From Barthelona sp. PCE (taxonomy: Eukaryota), in NCBI GenBank assembly GCA_040285745.1, contig JAUFOR010000003.1, forward strand, positions 1,426,001-1,490,000: DNA of 64,000 nucleotides. The letters run 5' to 3'. The notes below the pieces were generated by a model. It did not search any database. It was given only the letters and a program-made list of their open reading frames with translations, and was not told the DNA's origin. Below, in pieces: positions 62,979 through 64,000 of this stretch. The position numbers and the translations under genes were made by a program. Within the stretch, counting starts at the first letter, position 1. Every line of letters begins with the position of its first letter.

Positions 62979-64000
62979 TTAGAACCCCTGGAAGACCTTA
63001 CAATCATCACCAACCGTGTCAATCTTCATAAAACCAATTGCACGACCATCTAAACGGAGTGCAACAGCCTGCAAACACCTCTCGCCAACAACTCTGAAAG
63101 GCTGTCTTCTCACAACCTCGATTGTTATTCTGGGGTCATGTTTGATAGTGTGCCATATAGACTGTGCAAGGAAATGCACCTCCTTATCCGATGTTCCTAT
63201 TCTGCGGATGATACCTGTGATCATTTCACCGCACCAACAACATTCAATTTCTTCACCTAACAATAAAGGTCGTTTGGGGTTAAACAGCGGCGTCAGCCTG
63301 AATTCACCCTCAATGAGATCATACGTTTCATTGTCATGCTCCCACATGAGAATGTCACCGGGTGTGATGTTATGGTGACCAGCCAGGCGAATTTTGACAA
63401 AATCACCGGTTGCAGCTGCTGTTGTCATTGCTCCAAACACCTCGATAGACTTGACTGTGACAGCTTCAGCGTTATGGCCGACGAGAAGCTTGTCTCCTGT
63501 CGTCAAACAACCGCGCACGATACGTCCGTGAACGACAAGGCCCAACCCCTGCACAATTCCGCTCGAGAACACAACAACCATCGGTGGTTGCTCTAAGAGC
63601 TCACGGGAAGGTGCCTTATCGACGAGGTTCTTCTCCATCTGATCTAAAAGGGTGACGCTGGTCCCCAGATCCTCAGATGGAGCATTGATGTTAAGGTGGG
63701 GGGCCTGTACGGAGTTGGAACGCGCAACAATGGGCACAAAACGCACATTTTTGTTGAGTTTTAGTATGTGCATCAAAGCGTTCTTGACCTCGTTGAATTT
63801 AGATAACATATCAGCCTCACGATCCAGTTTGTTCACAGCGACGATCAGTGGATGGTTTTCATTCATTAAACCAAGAAAACTGGCAACACTGAGATGCTCA
63901 AAAAGTTGACCGGTTTTTGCAAACTGGACGATTTCCGAAATGGGGTCTGATCCGTCAACCACAAGCACAGCACTGTCGGCAACAACAGCACCACGGAATG
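62979..64000 (-). CDS. Divergent EF-1alpha/HBS1-like translational GTPase, 3' part (start outside window)
   Basis: ADSAVLVVD, G4 IVAVNKLD, domain II GLGLVVHGRIVRG, VKSIEVF...A..GDFV. Confidence 0.75.
   Translation of the reverse strand, partial: FRGAVVADSAVLVVDGSDPISEIVQFAKTGQLFEHLSVASFLGLMNENHPLIVAVNKLDREADMLSKFNEVKNALMHILKLNKNVRFVPIVARSNSVQAPHLNINAPSEDLGTSVTLLDQMEKNLVDKAPSRELLEQPPMVVVFSSGIVQGLGLVVHGRIVRGCLTTGDKLLVGHNAEAVTVKSIEVFGAMTTAAATGDFVKIRLAGHHNITPGDILMWEHDNETYDLIEGEFRLTPLFNPKRPLLLGEEIECCWCGEMITGIIRRIGTSDKEVHFLAQSIWHTIKHDPRITIEVVRRQPFRVVGERCLQAVALRLDGRAIGFMKIDTVGDDCKVFQGF

Noticed and set aside
1387-63909. Many short nested or antisense ORFs in the supplied track, and upstream non-ATG extensions
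   Set aside because: They overlap well-supported genes, lack motifs and are expected shadows; starts were moved to the first plausible ATG where possible.
1-64000. Genome-wide TAR=Gln code as in hexamitid diplomonads
   Set aside because: Long ORFs are open in the standard code, and TAA/TAG end proteins at natural C-termini including CaaX boxes.
1-64000. Prokaryotic origin, operons, CRISPR arrays, rRNA/tRNA or transposons
   Set aside because: Spliceosomal introns and eukaryote-specific genes occur throughout; no repeat-spacer array, cloverleaf, transposase or reverse transcriptase was seen by eye.

Overview
Gene-dense, intron-poor eukaryotic (protist) nuclear DNA in the standard genetic code, with about 36 protein-coding loci, AT-rich spacers and very short gaps between convergent genes. 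No rRNA, tRNA, CRISPR array or transposon was recognised. Five spliceosomal introns can be read directly (PP2A catalytic subunit, ferredoxin, two in PP2A B55, phosphodiesterase). All follow GTATG...CTAAC-NNN-TAG, with the branch point at a fixed distance from the 3' splice site as in Giardia and Trichomonas. Together with a bacterial-type ferredoxin, this suggests an anaerobic metamonad-like host (inference). Main observations: (1) four of the five introns carry long-range stems that bring their ends to about 35-45 nt apart although the introns are 78-259 nt long; (2) an otherwise intact phosphodiesterase has an in-frame TAG at the conserved Gln of QGD, with 78 more codons of catalytic domain after it, although TAG is a normal stop elsewhere; (3) an intron-split, probably 7Fe ferredoxin is absent from the ORF track; (4) prokaryote-like dCTP deaminase and DUF21/CBS genes; (5) a likely M1AP homologue; (6) a recurrent GCAGGT/ACCTGC intergenic motif and several candidate structured RNAs. 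Protein calls rest on motif recognition by eye, not on database searches.
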